From Acidobacteriota bacterium (GTDB lineage Bacteria; Acidobacteriota; Thermoanaerobaculia; Gp7-AA8): 64,000 bases of DNA. The stretch is taken from positions 128,001-192,000 of the forward strand of contig JAFATB010000006.1 in the NCBI GenBank assembly GCA_019244185.1, in the 5' to 3' direction. Of this stretch, positions 11,030 through 19,924 are shown in pieces. Below the pieces are notes generated by a model that was not told the origin of the DNA, searched no databases, and saw only the letters and a list, made by a program, of their open reading frames with translations. A program made the position numbers and the translations under genes. The first letter of the stretch is position 1; each line of letters opens with the position of its first letter.

Positions 11030-13087
11030 ATGCCATTCACGCAGGACGGGCAGTACATCTCCATCTCCACCCCCCTCGGAAAGGACAAGCTGCTGCTGCG
11101 GCGCTTCAGCGGCGAAGAGCAGCTCTCCGGCCTGTTTCACTACGCCCTCGAGATGCAGTCCGAGGACGGCGCGCTCGATTTCTCGAAGATCGTCGGCAAG
11201 GCCGTGACCATCAGCATCGTCCTCGCCGACGGCACCACGCGCTACATCAACGGCATCGTCGGCCGCTTCGTGCAGGCCGGCGCGGACGCGGAGTTCTACA
11301 GCTACGCCGCCGATCTCTACCCCTGGTTCTGGCTCACGACCATGATCGCCGACTGCCGCGTCTACCAGAACAAGAGCGTCATCGACATCATCACGGGCCT
11401 CTTCGGCGAGCTCGGATTCACCGACTATAAAAATAGTACGACCGGCACGTACGCGGCGCTCGAGTACTGTGTGCAGTACAACGAGACCGTGTTCGCGTTC
11501 GTGTCGCGCCTCCTCGAAGACGCCGGCATCACGTACCACTTCGAGCACGCCGACGGCGTGCACACGCTCGTCCTCGCCGACGATTCCTCGGCCTACGCCG
11601 ACTGCCCCGGCGCGGCCACCGTGGCGCTCGGCACCTCCGGCAACTGGCTGCAGCAGAACGTCATGACCTCGTGCGTCGTCGAGCAGGTGGTCATCCCCGG
11701 CAAGTACGCCGTCGACGACTTCGGCTTCGAAACGCCGTCGACCGATCTCATGGGCTCGACCGACAGCACGGTGGCCATCGACGGCAGCAAGCGTCGCATC
11801 TACGAGTTCCCCGGCGGCTTCGTGAAGAAGGACGCGGCGGAAACGCTCGCGAAACTGCGCATGGAAGAACAGGAGTCGCCGCAGAAGACGCTCACCGGCA
11901 CGAGCTTCTGCCGCGCGTGGTTCGCCGGCGCGAAGACGACGCTGGCCGGCCATTCGCGCGACGACGTCAACACCGCGTACGTCGTCTCGCGTCTCGTGCA
12001 CAACGCGTCGCTCGACGGCTACGGAAACTCGTTCGAGGCCTTCCCCGCCACGGTCACGTATCGCCCGCCGCGCGTCACGCGCCGGCCGATCATCCCCGGC
12101 ACGCAGACGGCGATCGTCGTCGGCAAGTCGGGCGAGGAGATCTGGACCGACAAGTACGGCCGCGTGAAAGTGCAGTTCCACTGGGACCAACTCGGGAAGA
12201 ACGACGAGAACAGCTCGTGCTGGATCCGCGTCGCGCATGGCTGGGCGGGTAAAGCGTGGGGACAGATGTTTCTCCCGCGCATCGGCCAGGAAGTCGTCGT
12301 CAGCTTCCTCGAGGGGAACCCCGATCGCCCGCTGATCACCGGCGCGGTCTACAACGCGGAGCAGACCGTTCCCTACACGCTGCCGGCCGATCAGACCAAG
12401 AGCACGATCAAGACGAACGTGTCGAAAGGCGGCGGCGGCTTCAACGAGATCCGCTTCGAGGACAAGAAGGATTCGGAGGAGCTCTTCGTGCAGGCGGAGA
12501 AAGACCGCAACACCGTCGTCAAGAACAACGACGACCTCAAGGTCGGCTTCGAGAAAAAAGACAAAGGCAACCAGACCATCGCCATCTACAACGACCGCAC
12601 GGTATCGCTCGACGAGGGCAACGAGTCGCTGCAGGTGAAGAAAGGCAACCGCACGATCAACGTCGACAAGGGCAACGAGACGCACAACGTCGCCGGCACG
12701 CGCGACGTGAAAGTGACGAAAGCCGAGACGCACACGAACGAAGACAACTTCGATCAGAAAGTCACGAAAAACTACACGCTGAAGATCGACGGCAACCTCG
12801 AGATCACCGTCACCGGCAAGGTCACGATCAAGTCGACGCAGGACATGACGCTGCAGTCGTCCGCCGCGCTCACCGCCAAGGCCGGCACCGATCTCAAGAC
12901 CGAGGGGCTGACGATCTCGAACAAGGCTTCGACGGACCTCAAGAACGAGGGACTGAACGTGACGAACAAGGCCAGCGTCAATCTCTCCAACGAGGGCGCG
13001 ATGATCGCGAGCAAGGCCTCGGGGATGCACAACGTGGAGGCGAGCGGCATCCTCGTCGTGAAGGGCTCGCTCGTGAAGATCAACTAG
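11030..13087 (+). CDS. vgrG: T6SS spike protein VgrG/TssI
   Basis: YCVQYNET..FVSRLLE..GI, DKYGRVKVQFHWD, PRIGQEVVVSFLEGNPDRP, FNEIRFED, gp5-like C-terminal repeats. Confidence 0.97.
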   Translation: MPFTQDGQYISISTPLGKDKLLLRRFSGEEQLSGLFHYALEMQSEDGALDFSKIVGKAVTISIVLADGTTRYINGIVGRFVQAGADAEFYSYAADLYPWFWLTTMIADCRVYQNKSVIDIITGLFGELGFTDYKNSTTGTYAALEYCVQYNETVFAFVSRLLEDAGITYHFEHADGVHTLVLADDSSAYADCPGAATVALGTSGNWLQQNVMTSCVVEQVVIPGKYAVDDFGFETPSTDLMGSTDSTVAIDGSKRRIYEFPGGFVKKDAAETLAKLRMEEQESPQKTLTGTSFCRAWFAGAKTTLAGHSRDDVNTAYVVSRLVHNASLDGYGNSFEAFPATVTYRPPRVTRRPIIPGTQTAIVVGKSGEEIWTDKYGRVKVQFHWDQLGKNDENSSCWIRVAHGWAGKAWGQMFLPRIGQEVVVSFLEGNPDRPLITGAVYNAEQTVPYTLPADQTKSTIKTNVSKGGGGFNEIRFEDKKDSEELFVQAEKDRNTVVKNNDDLKVGFEKKDKGNQTIAIYNDRTVSLDEGNESLQVKKGNRTINVDKGNETHNVAGTRDVKVTKAETHTNEDNFDQKVTKNYTLKIDGNLEITVTGKVTIKSTQDMTLQSSAALTAKAGTDLKTEGLTISNKASTDLKNEGLNVTNKASVNLSNEGAMIASKASGMHNVEASGILVVKGSLVKIN

Positions 13088-13088
13088 T

Positions 13089-14054
13089 TTACTTTTTGCC
13101 GCCGAAGAGGTCGGGACGCTCGAGCCGGTTGAGATAGGACGAGATGACGAACTGCTGCAGCTCGCCGCCTTCGCCCTGGGTGATGTCTCCTCTCTCGATG
13201 TGCAGCGCGATCAGCCGGCACAGCCCGTTGACCAGCTCTATGTTCAACGCGCCGTTGACGAATGCGGCGTTCAACTCATCGGCGAGCGCGGAGCGCAACG
13301 CCGTCGCGAAACTGACGCCGAGCTGGCCGCCGACACCGCTGGAGTAGACCTTGGCCGAGGCGCTCGAGCCGGTCGAACTGATGCCGCCGCCGCAGCCGGA
13401 CACGCCACCGCGATGCACGCTCTTCGGGATCTGGATGACGGGCGCGCTGCGATACGAGCCGCCCATGCCGGCGCTGCGATAGGAGGCGCCGGGCACGACA
13501 TGCTCCCATTCGGTCGGCTTGCCCTCGTGGCCGCCCTTCTGGTTGTAGTACTTGACGCCGACGCTGTCGCTGCCCGGCGGAAAGAGCGACTGCCGCGCGC
13601 ACTTTTCGCCGGCGTAGCAGAAGACGTCGCCGCAGTAGAGGCAGCACTGCACGACCCCGCGCGCGCGGCGTTGAATGGCAGGAGCCGCGACACGCGCGCC
13701 GGCGCGCTGCGCAGGCGCGATCGCGCGCTGGACGGCACCAACGCCGCGTTGCATCGCCGCCGCAACATGGGGCGCCGGTCCGGCCTTCGGCTGCACCGCT
13801 GCCGCAACGTGCGCTGCCGCGGGTGCCTTCATCGTCCGTTGCATCGCCGCCGCAACGTGCGGCGCGGGTCCCGTCTTCGGCTGCACCGCTGCCGCGACAT
13901 GCGCGGCCGCCGGCACCTTCATCGTGCGCTGCATCGCCGCCGCGACATGCGGCGCCACGGCTGCATGGCGCTGCACGGCCGCGGCCGGCGACTGAGGCGT
14001 TGCCACGCGATTCGCGGGCGCGGCTAGCGGAACGGGCGGGCGGCGATCCGGCAT
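13089..14054 (-). CDS. Putative polymorphic toxin: HVAAAxQ repeat leader, Cys cluster and HNH-like nuclease domain
   Basis: ATG at 14054; repeats PHVAAAMQR / AHVAAAVQPK; VVQ then CCLYC..C..C; EWEHVVP...IQIPKSVH. Confidence 0.65.
   Translation of the reverse strand: MPDRRPPVPLAAPANRVATPQSPAAAVQRHAAVAPHVAAAMQRTMKVPAAAHVAAAVQPKTGPAPHVAAAMQRTMKAPAAAHVAAAVQPKAGPAPHVAAAMQRGVGAVQRAIAPAQRAGARVAAPAIQRRARGVVQCCLYCGDVFCYAGEKCARQSLFPPGSDSVGVKYYNQKGGHEGKPTEWEHVVPGASYRSAGMGGSYRSAPVIQIPKSVHRGGVSGCGGGISSTGSSASAKVYSSGVGGQLGVSFATALRSALADELNAAFVNGALNIELVNGLCRLIALHIERGDITQGEGGELQQFVISSYLNRLERPDLFGGKK
13748..13956. repeat. Intragenic 90-bp tandem repeat (~2.3 copies, 30-aa unit)
   Basis: Units begin at 13748, 13838 and 13928 (g(t/c)tgcatcgccgccgc...). 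Confidence 0.85.
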
Positions 14055-14098
14055 TTTTTCTTCCTGCCGGAACAACTTACGTCCGGCGCCACCGCGAA

Positions 14099-15103
14099 TC
14101 AACCCTTCCGTCGCGCGACCACGAGGTGCACGTCGTACTCGACTGCGCTTCGGTCGTGCAGCCGCACGCGCCACGGCACGGACGCCACCTCGCGGTCGAT
14201 CGCAAACTCCTCGGCCAGCAGCGCGCGCAGGATCGGCTCCGCGGCGCCGCCGTGCGGTCCGCGTTGCGAGTGGCCGCCGAGCCACCCTTCGACGGGCGTC
14301 GCGGACGCGGACCAGTCGTACGGCGTCGCGACGAGCGCGGTGCCGCCGCCGCGCATGACGCGCCCGAGCTCGCGCAGCACTTCCGCGGGCGACGGCGTGC
14401 AGTCGACGAGATTCAGACTCGCCGCGACTCCAAACGTCGCGCCGCCGAACGGCAGCGCCGCGGCGTCGCAGCACCAGAAGTCGACGCGCTCGCGCGCGGG
14501 CAGCGTGACGTCGTCCTCGCGCCGCTCGTACACGACGCCGACGCGACGCCGCGCGTAGCGCACGCGTCCTGCGCGCAACGCCTGCGACGCGATGCGCAGC
14601 ATGGCGAAGTTGAGATCGATGCCGACGGTCAGCGCGTTCGTGCGCTCCGCGAGCGCGAACGTGGTGCGTCCCGTCGCGCAGCCGGCGTCGAGCGCGGGAC
14701 CCGCGAGCTCGTGCGCCGCATCGAGTCCGCGCGCGAGCACGCGCAGCGCGGCGCCGCCGCCGGAGCCGTAGTGATCGTCCGCGTAGATGCCGGTGTGCTG
14801 GCGCAGCGTGTCGTAGGCGGAGCCGGGTCCGAGGACGTCGCCGAGGAGGGACTCGATCGGCGCGGAGAGATCGTCGCGCAGCAGCACCTGCAGCGGATTC
14901 GCGGCGAGCCAGGTGCGGATCGCGCCGACGAAGATCGGGATGCCGTCGATGATCGGATACTCGCGCGCGCAATCGCGTCCCGCGCAGACGACGATGCCTT
15001 CGAGCACATCGTCCGCGTCGCCGCGTTCGATCGACGACAGCGCGAGCGGCGCGCGGCACAACGGACAGACCGGCTGCAGCGCCTCGAAATGCGAGCGGCG
15101 CAA
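14099..15103 (-). CDS. SAM methyltransferase with N-terminal Trm112-like zinc-binding domain
   Basis: CPLC...C...C..EYPIIDGIP; LDAGCATGR, GIDLN, DAAALPF; TTG start abuts the PAAR stop. Confidence 0.82.
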   Translation of the reverse strand: MRRSHFEALQPVCPLCRAPLALSSIERGDADDVLEGIVVCAGRDCAREYPIIDGIPIFVGAIRTWLAANPLQVLLRDDLSAPIESLLGDVLGPGSAYDTLRQHTGIYADDHYGSGGGAALRVLARGLDAAHELAGPALDAGCATGRTTFALAERTNALTVGIDLNFAMLRIASQALRAGRVRYARRRVGVVYERREDDVTLPARERVDFWCCDAAALPFGGATFGVAASLNLVDCTPSPAEVLRELGRVMRGGGTALVATPYDWSASATPVEGWLGGHSQRGPHGGAAEPILRALLAEEFAIDREVASVPWRVRLHDRSAVEYDVHLVVARRKG

Positions 15104-15490
15104 TCAGCCTCCGATCAGCACCGTCGGACAACCGGGCGGAAGGACTTTGCCGGTCGGTCCCGGAATCGGCGCGACGCACGAGGTATGCGCCGTCATGTCG
15201 CCGGCGCGCGCGGCGGGCATGTTGCCGATCAGCACCGTCGCCGAGCCGAGCGCGATCATCCCCGGGCCGCCGGGAACGCAGCCCGGCAGCATGCACGGTC
15301 CGGTGGTGTCGGTGAGACGCGCGGCGGGCATGTTGCCGATCAGCACCGTCGCTTCGCCTTTGAGGATCGTGAGCGGCAGCGCGGGATGCGCGGACGGCGT
15401 CGGCACCGGCGCGGGCGGATGGATCGGCGCGTGGCAGTGCGGCGAATCCTGCAGCACCATGTCCGTCATCCGCGCGGCGGGCTTCGACAT
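15104..15490 (-). CDS. PAAR-domain spike tip protein
   Basis: Three PAAR motifs, TVLIGNMPAAR repeats, ends TVLIGG. Confidence 0.95.
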   Translation of the reverse strand: MSKPAARMTDMVLQDSPHCHAPIHPPAPVPTPSAHPALPLTILKGEATVLIGNMPAARLTDTTGPCMLPGCVPGGPGMIALGSATVLIGNMPAARAGDMTAHTSCVAPIPGPTGKVLPPGCPTVLIGG

Positions 15491-15524
15491 GCGGCCGAGT
15501 ATAGCTCCTGCTATTCTCGCGAAC

Positions 15525-15953
15525 GTGGGTGCCACCGAGCGGATCGAGCGCGATGACGCGGGGCGCGTCCGCCGCCGCTACTCCGTCGACGACGACGGCG
15601 CTCTCGACGGAGAGCTCGTGCAGTACGACGAGCAGGGACACGTCGAAGTGCAGCTTCCGTATCGCACGGGCGTGCTCGACGGCGAGGCGCGTTTCTTCGA
15701 GCGCGGGCGACTGCAACTGCGCATGACGTATCGCAACGGCCTCGAAGAAGGCGAGCGCATTCTCTACGGCGAGCAGAACAAGCCGGCCATGACGGTCACG
15801 GTGCGCGCGGGCGTGCAGCACGGCACGACGAGCTGGTTCCGCGCCGACGGCTCGCTCATGCGCACCGCCGAGTTCGTCGACGGCGAAATGAAGGGCGAGC
15901 CGGTCGACTACGACGAGCGCGGACGCGCGGCGAAGAAGACGACTCGCAAATGA
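15525..15953 (+). CDS. MORN-repeat / YwqK-family protein (possible immunity protein)
   Basis: Repeats of LDG...Y..G...Y..G...G; GTG start inferred. Confidence 0.8.
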   Translation: MGATERIERDDAGRVRRRYSVDDDGALDGELVQYDEQGHVEVQLPYRTGVLDGEARFFERGRLQLRMTYRNGLEEGERILYGEQNKPAMTVTVRAGVQHGTTSWFRADGSLMRTAEFVDGEMKGEPVDYDERGRAAKKTTRK

Positions 15954-16081
15954 AGCACACCATCGTCACGATCCAGCTGCATCGCAAGGGCGTGATCCTG
16001 GTCATCATCGGCGCGGTGCTGCTCGCGATCCTGCTCGTGACGGCGGGATATCTCGCCGGCGCGGCGTCCGTGTCGCACTGA
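15950..16081 (+). CDS. 43-aa single-TM membrane protein
   Basis: MKHTIVTIQLHRKGVILVIIGAVLLAILLVTAGYLAGAASVSH; ATGA overlap with the MORN gene; absent from ORF track. Confidence 0.55.
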   Translation: MKHTIVTIQLHRKGVILVIIGAVLLAILLVTAGYLAGAASVSH

Positions 16082-16122
16082 CGCGTTTGCCGATATAATT
16101 CGCGGACGTCCCTTCTCCGCCC

Positions 16123-17715
16123 ATGACACGGTTCCGCTTCGCGCTCTTTCTCGCGCTCGGGTTGTTTCTCGCCGCCTGCAACAAGGACGGCAATCCCGTC
16201 GCGCTGCCGACCGATCCCGGCGGCAACGCGCAACAGGTCACGCTCACACTGACGACGAACGTCTCGCAGGTCGAGACCGGCGCGACGTCCGCGACGATGC
16301 TGCGCGTCAGCGCCGTGAAAGGCGACGGCACCGCACCCGCCGACGGCACCGAAGCAAAGCTCAACACCTCCCTCGGCAACTTCGGCGTCGACAGCGGCGG
16401 CAAGCCGATCCAGCTCACGACCGTCACGCTCACCGGCGGCACCGCGCAGGTCGCGTTCTTCCCCGGCGCGACCGCGGGCGTCGCGAACATCCTCGCCTCA
16501 ATCGGCACGAACGTGGCCACGCTGAATCTGCCGATCGTCACGCCGCCGCCCGTGCCGGTCGCCGACTTCACGTTCGCGCAGACCGGACTCTCCGTCCTCT
16601 TCGCCGATGCGTCGACCGGCAATCCGACGCACTATCGCTGGCAGTTCGGCGACGGCACCGAAAGCACCGAGCGCAATCCGCAGCACGTCTACGCGACGGC
16701 GGGCACGTACATCGTCACGCTCACCGCGGGCAACTCGGCGGGCGACTCGAACAAGAGCCAGTTCGTCCCCGTCTCCCTCGGCACTCCCCCGAAAGCCGCG
16801 TTCACGTTCGAGGTGCAAGGTTCCGAGGTGCACTTCGTCAACCGGTCGACGGGAGGCGCGACGTCGTGGACGTGGAACTTCGGCGACGGCGTGCAGTCGG
16901 GCGATCGCGATCCGGTGCACACGTACGCGCACAGCGGCGCGTACACGGTCGTGCTCACCGCGACGAACGACGCGGGCTCCGATCACGCCAGCGACGTCGT
17001 CACGGTCGCCGGCGGCACGCCGCCCGTCGCGAAGTTCAACTCGCAGGTCTCGGGCAAGCAGGTCAACTTCATCGATCAGTCGACCGGCACGCCGACCGCG
17101 TGGCACTGGGACTTCGGCGACAACACGACGAGCACGGAAGAGAACCCGGTGCACACCTACGCGAGCGCCGGCAACTACACGGTCGTGCTGACGGTGTCGA
17201 ACGATGCGGGCTCCGACCACGCGAACGGCGTCGTCGCCATCGCCGCCGATCAGCCGCCGGTCGCTGCGTTCACGGCCACGCCGAACGGGCATCAGGTCAA
17301 CTTCGTCGATCAGTCGACCGGCAATCCGACGTCGTGGTCGTGGAGCTTCGGTGACGGCGGCGCGAGCACGCAGCGGAATCCGATCCACACGTACGCCGCG
17401 GCGGGCAACTACACCGTCACGCTGACGGTGGCGAACGACGGCGGCTCGGCGCAGGCGTCGAAGGTCGTGACGATCGCCGCGGGCGATCCGCCGAAAGCGG
17501 CGTTCGAGTTCGTCGTCAACAATAAGCAGGTGAACTTCGTCGACCGCTCGACGAATCATCCGACCTCGTATCTCTGGACGTTCGGCGACCACACGTCGAG
17601 CAGCGCGCAGAGCCCCATTCACACGTACGCGGCGAGCGGCACGTACACGGTGACGCTGGACGTCTCGAACGACGCAGGATCGGACTCGATCTCGCAGGCC
17701 GTGACGATTCCCTGA
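16123..17715 (+). CDS. Lipoprotein with Ig-like domain and five PKD repeats
   Basis: Lipobox FLAAC; five W.FGD...P.H.Y...G.Y.V.L repeats. Confidence 0.92.
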   Translation: MTRFRFALFLALGLFLAACNKDGNPVALPTDPGGNAQQVTLTLTTNVSQVETGATSATMLRVSAVKGDGTAPADGTEAKLNTSLGNFGVDSGGKPIQLTTVTLTGGTAQVAFFPGATAGVANILASIGTNVATLNLPIVTPPPVPVADFTFAQTGLSVLFADASTGNPTHYRWQFGDGTESTERNPQHVYATAGTYIVTLTAGNSAGDSNKSQFVPVSLGTPPKAAFTFEVQGSEVHFVNRSTGGATSWTWNFGDGVQSGDRDPVHTYAHSGAYTVVLTATNDAGSDHASDVVTVAGGTPPVAKFNSQVSGKQVNFIDQSTGTPTAWHWDFGDNTTSTEENPVHTYASAGNYTVVLTVSNDAGSDHANGVVAIAADQPPVAAFTATPNGHQVNFVDQSTGNPTSWSWSFGDGGASTQRNPIHTYAAAGNYTVTLTVANDGGSAQASKVVTIAAGDPPKAAFEFVVNNKQVNFVDRSTNHPTSYLWTFGDHTSSSAQSPIHTYAASGTYTVTLDVSNDAGSDSISQAVTIP

Positions 17716-17726
17716 GTGCTCGCGCG

Positions 17727-19004
17727 CTACTTCGTGATCGTCAGCATCGCCGTCCACGCGTTCGCGCGCCAGTTGCCGTTGAACTGCTGCGCGCTGGTCG
17801 TGATGATGCGCTGCTTGTACGTCGACCAGCCGACGGCGAGATCGAGCCAGTCGAGACCGAAGCCGGCGGTGACGGTGGTGCGGTCGGCGTCGGGATAGAA
17901 CGGTCCGACGTTCGCGTCCTTCTGCGGCGACTTCTCGAGGGCGTAGCCGAGGCGCAGTTGCGGACCAGTGGGAAAACGGAAGCGCGCGCCGGTGCGATAC
18001 GTCCACGCATCGCGGAAGCCGAGGTCGTAAGTCGTGTCGAGGACGTGCGCGTTGGGAACCGTGTACGTGACGGGGTTCGTGCCGCTCCACGCGGTGCGGC
18101 TGGTCTCGAGGACGAACATCCACGGCTTCGACGGCGCCCAGGTGATGCCGCCGCTGCTCTGCGAGGGGAAGCGGAACTTCGTGGCGATCGGCAGCGCCTG
18201 GCCGAACGGGAACGACGCGGCGATGAGCGTGTCGAGCTGCGCGTCGCCGGTGGAAACCTGCGTCATCTTCGCGACGCCCTGATAGGACGTGCTGATCGCG
18301 CTGTGATGCGCGAGCCCGAACGAGAAGCGCGCGCTCGGGCGGAGAAAGAGTCCGAGCGTCCAGCCGAACGAGCGCACGGTGTCGGTGTCGAAGGAGACGT
18401 CGGCGATCTCGCGCTGCGTTCCGCTGAAGTCGGCCGCGAGACGGCGCGCGCTGGAGAGACTCGACGAGCGATACGTGAGACCGACGCCGAGCGACGCGCT
18501 CGTGCCGAGCGCTTTCGCGAACGCCTGCGTCAGATCGAGCGTGTCGACTTTCGACTTCGTGGCGAGAAAGCGCCCGGAGAACGCGTCGGGCTGCGACCAT
18601 TCCGTCTGCTCGCGGAACGGCGTGTAGATGCCGGTGCCGCTGACCATCGTCTTGAGAAACGGCAGCGTTGCGTAGACGTGCGGCACGAGGCTCATCGGCG
18701 TCTTCTGCTCAGCCGCGGTGCCGGTGCCGGCGCCCGGAGGCAGTCCCTGATAGAGCGACTGATTGAACGCGCCCGCCATCACGCCGACCGCGGCGTTTTT
18801 CTTTTTCGGCAGCAGCGCGATCGCCGCGGGATTGCACGCCAGCGACGAGGGATCGGCGACCGAGACGCAGGCGCCCCCCACGCCCATCGAGCGCGCGCTC
18901 GGCCATCCGACCTCGAACGCGCCGGCGTGCAGCAGCGTTGCGTGAGCGAGGAGAACCGCGCCCGAGAGCGCACGGACGAAGAGCGTACGGCCGGCGGAAA
19001 GCAT
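17727..19004 (-). CDS. FadL/OmpP1-family outer membrane transporter
   Basis: Signal peptide, ARSMGVGGA, NPAA, RLGY...P, PDADR motifs. Confidence 0.85.
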   Translation of the reverse strand: MLSAGRTLFVRALSGAVLLAHATLLHAGAFEVGWPSARSMGVGGACVSVADPSSLACNPAAIALLPKKKNAAVGVMAGAFNQSLYQGLPPGAGTGTAAEQKTPMSLVPHVYATLPFLKTMVSGTGIYTPFREQTEWSQPDAFSGRFLATKSKVDTLDLTQAFAKALGTSASLGVGLTYRSSSLSSARRLAADFSGTQREIADVSFDTDTVRSFGWTLGLFLRPSARFSFGLAHHSAISTSYQGVAKMTQVSTGDAQLDTLIAASFPFGQALPIATKFRFPSQSSGGITWAPSKPWMFVLETSRTAWSGTNPVTYTVPNAHVLDTTYDLGFRDAWTYRTGARFRFPTGPQLRLGYALEKSPQKDANVGPFYPDADRTTVTAGFGLDWLDLAVGWSTYKQRIITTSAQQFNGNWRANAWTAMLTITK

Positions 19005-19045
19005 GCCCGGAACTTTAGAGAGGCTGCGCGCGAGGCGTCAAGCAA

Positions 19046-19279
19046 TCACGTTCCGAAGCGATACTGCAGCGCGCGGCGGATCTCGTCGAGCTCCTGCGAC
19101 TCGCCGGCGCCGAGAGGCTTCGGAATCTCGATCGGACGGACGTTCTCATCGGTGAACGAGATGACGCAGTAATCAGCCCCCGGCGGCTCGACGACGTCGG
19201 CGATCTCCACGCCGTCGCGTCCCAGCTCGACCATCGCCTCACGGGCCATGCGGCGAATGCGGTCCTCGAAGTCGGTCAT
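19046..19279 (-). CDS. Small hypothetical protein
   Basis: 77-aa ORF starting MTDFEDR with host-like codon usage. Confidence 0.55.
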   Translation of the reverse strand: MTDFEDRIRRMAREAMVELGRDGVEIADVVEPPGADYCVISFTDENVRPIEIPKPLGAGESQELDEIRRALQYRFGT

Positions 19280-19295
19280 GCGCGACGACACAAAC

Positions 19296-19319
19296 AAAAA
19301 GCCCGCCACGTGGCGGGCT
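19296..19319 (-). terminator. Rho-independent terminator after the BrxA/B gene
   Basis: agcccgcca-cg-tggcgggct stem followed by a U tract on the minus strand. Confidence 0.7.
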
Positions 19320-19348
19320 GGGGAAAAAGCGTGTGGCTTCGTTTGCGT

Positions 19349-19783
19349 CTACTGCACGCTGACCGGCGTCGCGCAGTGCTCGCGGAACGCCGCGGTGAGC
19401 TCGGCGGCGATGTCGTGCGCGTGGCGTCCTTCGATCTGCCAGCGCTCGAGCATCTTCACGACCTGGCCGTCCTTCATCAGCGCGATCGCGGGCGACGACG
19501 GGCGGAAGCCGGCGAAATACTCGCGCGCGCGCTGCGTCGCCTCGCGGTCGTTGCCGGCGAAGACAGTGATCATGCGGTCGGGTTTGACGTCGCCCTCGAG
19601 CGCCATCGCCACGGCCGGACGGGCCATGCCGGCCGCGCAGCCGCAGACGGAGTTGACGACGACGAGCACGGTGCCGTTCTTCTGCCCGAGCACCGCATCG
19701 ACCTCCGCCACCGTCCGAGTCTCTTCAATTCCGAGCCGCGTCAGCTCCCGCCGCATCGGCTCGACGATCATTTCATCGTACAT
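19349..19783 (-). CDS. BrxA/BrxB family bacilliredoxin
   Basis: NSVCGCAAGMARP, TVFAG, PSSPAIAL, IEG motifs. Confidence 0.92.
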   Translation of the reverse strand: MYDEMIVEPMRRELTRLGIEETRTVAEVDAVLGQKNGTVLVVVNSVCGCAAGMARPAVAMALEGDVKPDRMITVFAGNDREATQRAREYFAGFRPSSPAIALMKDGQVVKMLERWQIEGRHAHDIAAELTAAFREHCATPVSVQ

Positions 19784-19924
19784 CGTGGTAGTCCTCCAGT
19801 TGCTCGATGATAACGCAGCGCATTGCGCGGTGTTCCCGGCCGGCCCGGCCCGCCTATCCTGGACTCGCGCTGCAGCCGCACGTCCCGGATAGGCTGGGCC
19901 TTAAGCGCAGCCGGCCGCGCCGGC

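Noticed and set aside
13089-15821. 910-aa ORF in the track
   Set aside because: The N-terminal part overlaps the PAAR, MTase and MORN genes in other frames; only the part from ATG 14054 looks real.
16550-17715. Regularly spaced DNA repeats suggesting an array
   Set aside because: Explained by the five PKD domains; not CRISPR.
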